Shown in pieces: positions 5,681 to 6,836 of a stretch of 6,836 nt of DNA. The stretch is from Promethearchaeota archaeon (lineage in GTDB: Archaea; Asgardarchaeota; Odinarchaeia; Odinarchaeales; JBHLKK01). Position 1 is the stretch's first letter, and the number at the start of each line of letters is the position of its first letter. A program made the position numbers and the translations under genes. The stretch spans positions 1 to 6,836 of the forward strand of contig JBHLPL010000106.1 in NCBI GenBank assembly GCA_048939465.1, in the 5' to 3' direction. Under the pieces are notes generated by a model. The model saw nothing but the letters and a program-made list of their open reading frames with translations. It was not told the DNA's origin and did not search any database.

Positions 5681-5708
5681 TTGACTACGCGTGAGACACG
5701 CCTATGAT
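5681..5708 (+). promoter_or_regulatory. sigma70-type promoter of the HEPN gene
   Basis: TTGACT-N16-TATGAT; the spacer contains the palindrome GCGTG-AGA-CACGC; SD AAAAGGAGG lies before the ATG at 5777. Confidence 0.7.
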
Positions 5709-5776
5709 CTGGCAGGTATAAATTGAGAATGCATGCTTGATTAGCCAACAACGAAAGACTCGAAAAGGAGGACAGA

Positions 5777-6460
5777 ATGAAGTCATATGGTATAATGGCA
5801 GAACAAAAGTTCGCTGATTGGGAAAAATGGTTAAGTAATCTGTGGAAAGAGATTTATGAATTACATCGTCAGGTGAACATGTTTATTGGTCTTTGGAATT
5901 TTGCCAATGAGAACCCCCGGCGATTCGCACATACATACTTTAAAGATTGGCTTGCAAAAACCTATTGGGCGAGCTCTTCCTTAACCATAAGAAGATTAGT
6001 AGACAAGGATAATCGCAACTATTCGCTAATGCAGCTACTAGAGGATATCAAAGTGTTTCACGCGATAGTATCCTTGGATAGACTCAAGAAGCTATATCTA
6101 CGAGGCATACGTCAAAATGACGACGTTCTAAAGCGTATCGAGGAGAATGAAGCAACCAGGGATTTCCGTAAATATGAAGAAAAGGGGGATTTCTTGAATC
6201 CCTTCTCTGTTGAGCGAGATATCCAAAACATAAATGAAATCACTAAGCCTATCGTCAGAGCCGTAAATACTTACCTTGCTCATAATAGTAGAATCAAGAA
6301 ATACGATGTTCCTAGTTTGGCAAGGACAAAGGACTGTCTGACATTGTTCCGTAGTATCTACAAGAAATATCATCTCTTGATTCTTGGTCGTGTTGCCTTT
6401 ACCGATTTTCCAAAAAGTGTAGCTAGGAAAGAGGTGAATTCTATTTTCAAAAATAATTAG
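5777..6460 (+). CDS. HEPN-domain protein, AbiU2-like (227 aa), putative abortive-infection RNase
   Basis: All-helical; SSLTIRRLVDK....SLMQLL block and late RAVNTYLAH block match the AbiU2-type HEPN layout; strong SD. Confidence 0.72.
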   Translation: MKSYGIMAEQKFADWEKWLSNLWKEIYELHRQVNMFIGLWNFANENPRRFAHTYFKDWLAKTYWASSSLTIRRLVDKDNRNYSLMQLLEDIKVFHAIVSLDRLKKLYLRGIRQNDDVLKRIEENEATRDFRKYEEKGDFLNPFSVERDIQNINEITKPIVRAVNTYLAHNSRIKKYDVPSLARTKDCLTLFRSIYKKYHLLILGRVAFTDFPKSVARKEVNSIFKNN

Positions 6461-6514
6461 TCGACCAAACCAGACTTACTGTCATGAACTGCATTCTAAA
6501 TACCTTACTGCGTA

Positions 6515-6555
6515 CTGGACTACCCACCACCGAGCACCATTTCGACCAGATTGCG
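6515..6555 (+). repeat. 41-bp direct repeat, copy 2
   Basis: CTGGACTACCCACCACCGAGCACCATTTCGACCAGATTGCG. Confidence 0.97.
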
Positions 6556-6616
6556 TTCGTCCCGAGAAGTTGTAGGATTCTAGGCAGTCGGAACGGGTGG
6601 TTCCTGGTGGAAATGG
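6537..6616. repeat. Long imperfect inverted repeat overlapping repeat copy 2
   Basis: CCATTTCGACCAG (6537-6549) pairs 12/13 with CTGGTGGAAATGG (6604-6616); in the same register CGTCCCGA (6558-6565) pairs 7/8 with TCGGAACG (6588-6595). Confidence 0.75.
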
Positions 6617-6785
6617 GTGGGGGAATTTAGTCAGACTGATCCAGGAAAATACAATATCCATGAAACGTAATAAGACTTCACGATTCCGAAACGTACTATC
6701 GGGCCTGCTTTAAAGACCTTGTTGTTGGGAATAAAGTCGAAGCTCGCCTGTTTGTGTGCGATATCTATTTTACTATGAAACGTTA

Positions 6786-6813
6786 TTGACAATGCCTGCA
6801 ACTCAATTAAACT
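6786..6813 (+). promoter_or_regulatory. Possible promoter for a gene beyond the window
   Basis: TTGACA-N16-TAAACT. Confidence 0.5.
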
Positions 6814-6836
6814 TGCTCTGTTATCACAGATTAGTA

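Noticed and set aside
5172-6373. Minus-strand ORFs 5172-5498 and 6128-6373
   Set aside because: Antisense shadows of the nuclease and HEPN genes.
5632-6555. CRISPR array from the 29-bp identical repeat
   Set aside because: Only two copies, separated by 866 bp containing a gene; no cas genes.
6461-6640. Rho-independent terminators after the cargo genes
   Set aside because: No short GC stem followed by a U-tract was found after either cargo gene.

Overview
tRNA-Leu(TAA)-linked integrative element plus a defence-type cargo region. The left part (minus strand) holds a complete tRNA-Leu (3-89), directly preceded by a tyrosine integrase. Further upstream are an HTH excisionase-like gene, a phage replisome-organiser N-terminal-domain gene and two small in-frame ORFs, one of which contains an origin-like array of 12-bp repeats and a (KE)n tract. 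A G-run-rich element and a repeat/palindrome-rich non-coding region (2770-3560) follow. No capsid, terminase, primase or relaxase gene is visible. The right part (plus strand) holds an M.HhaI-like cytosine methyltransferase pseudogene missed by the ORF track, a PD-(D/E)XK nuclease and an AbiU2-like HEPN gene, each with its own near-consensus promoter. The HEPN gene and its promoter are bracketed by a 41-bp direct repeat with a 29-bp identical core, which suggests a self-contained cassette. Family calls come from motif recognition by eye, not database searches, and all counts are manual.
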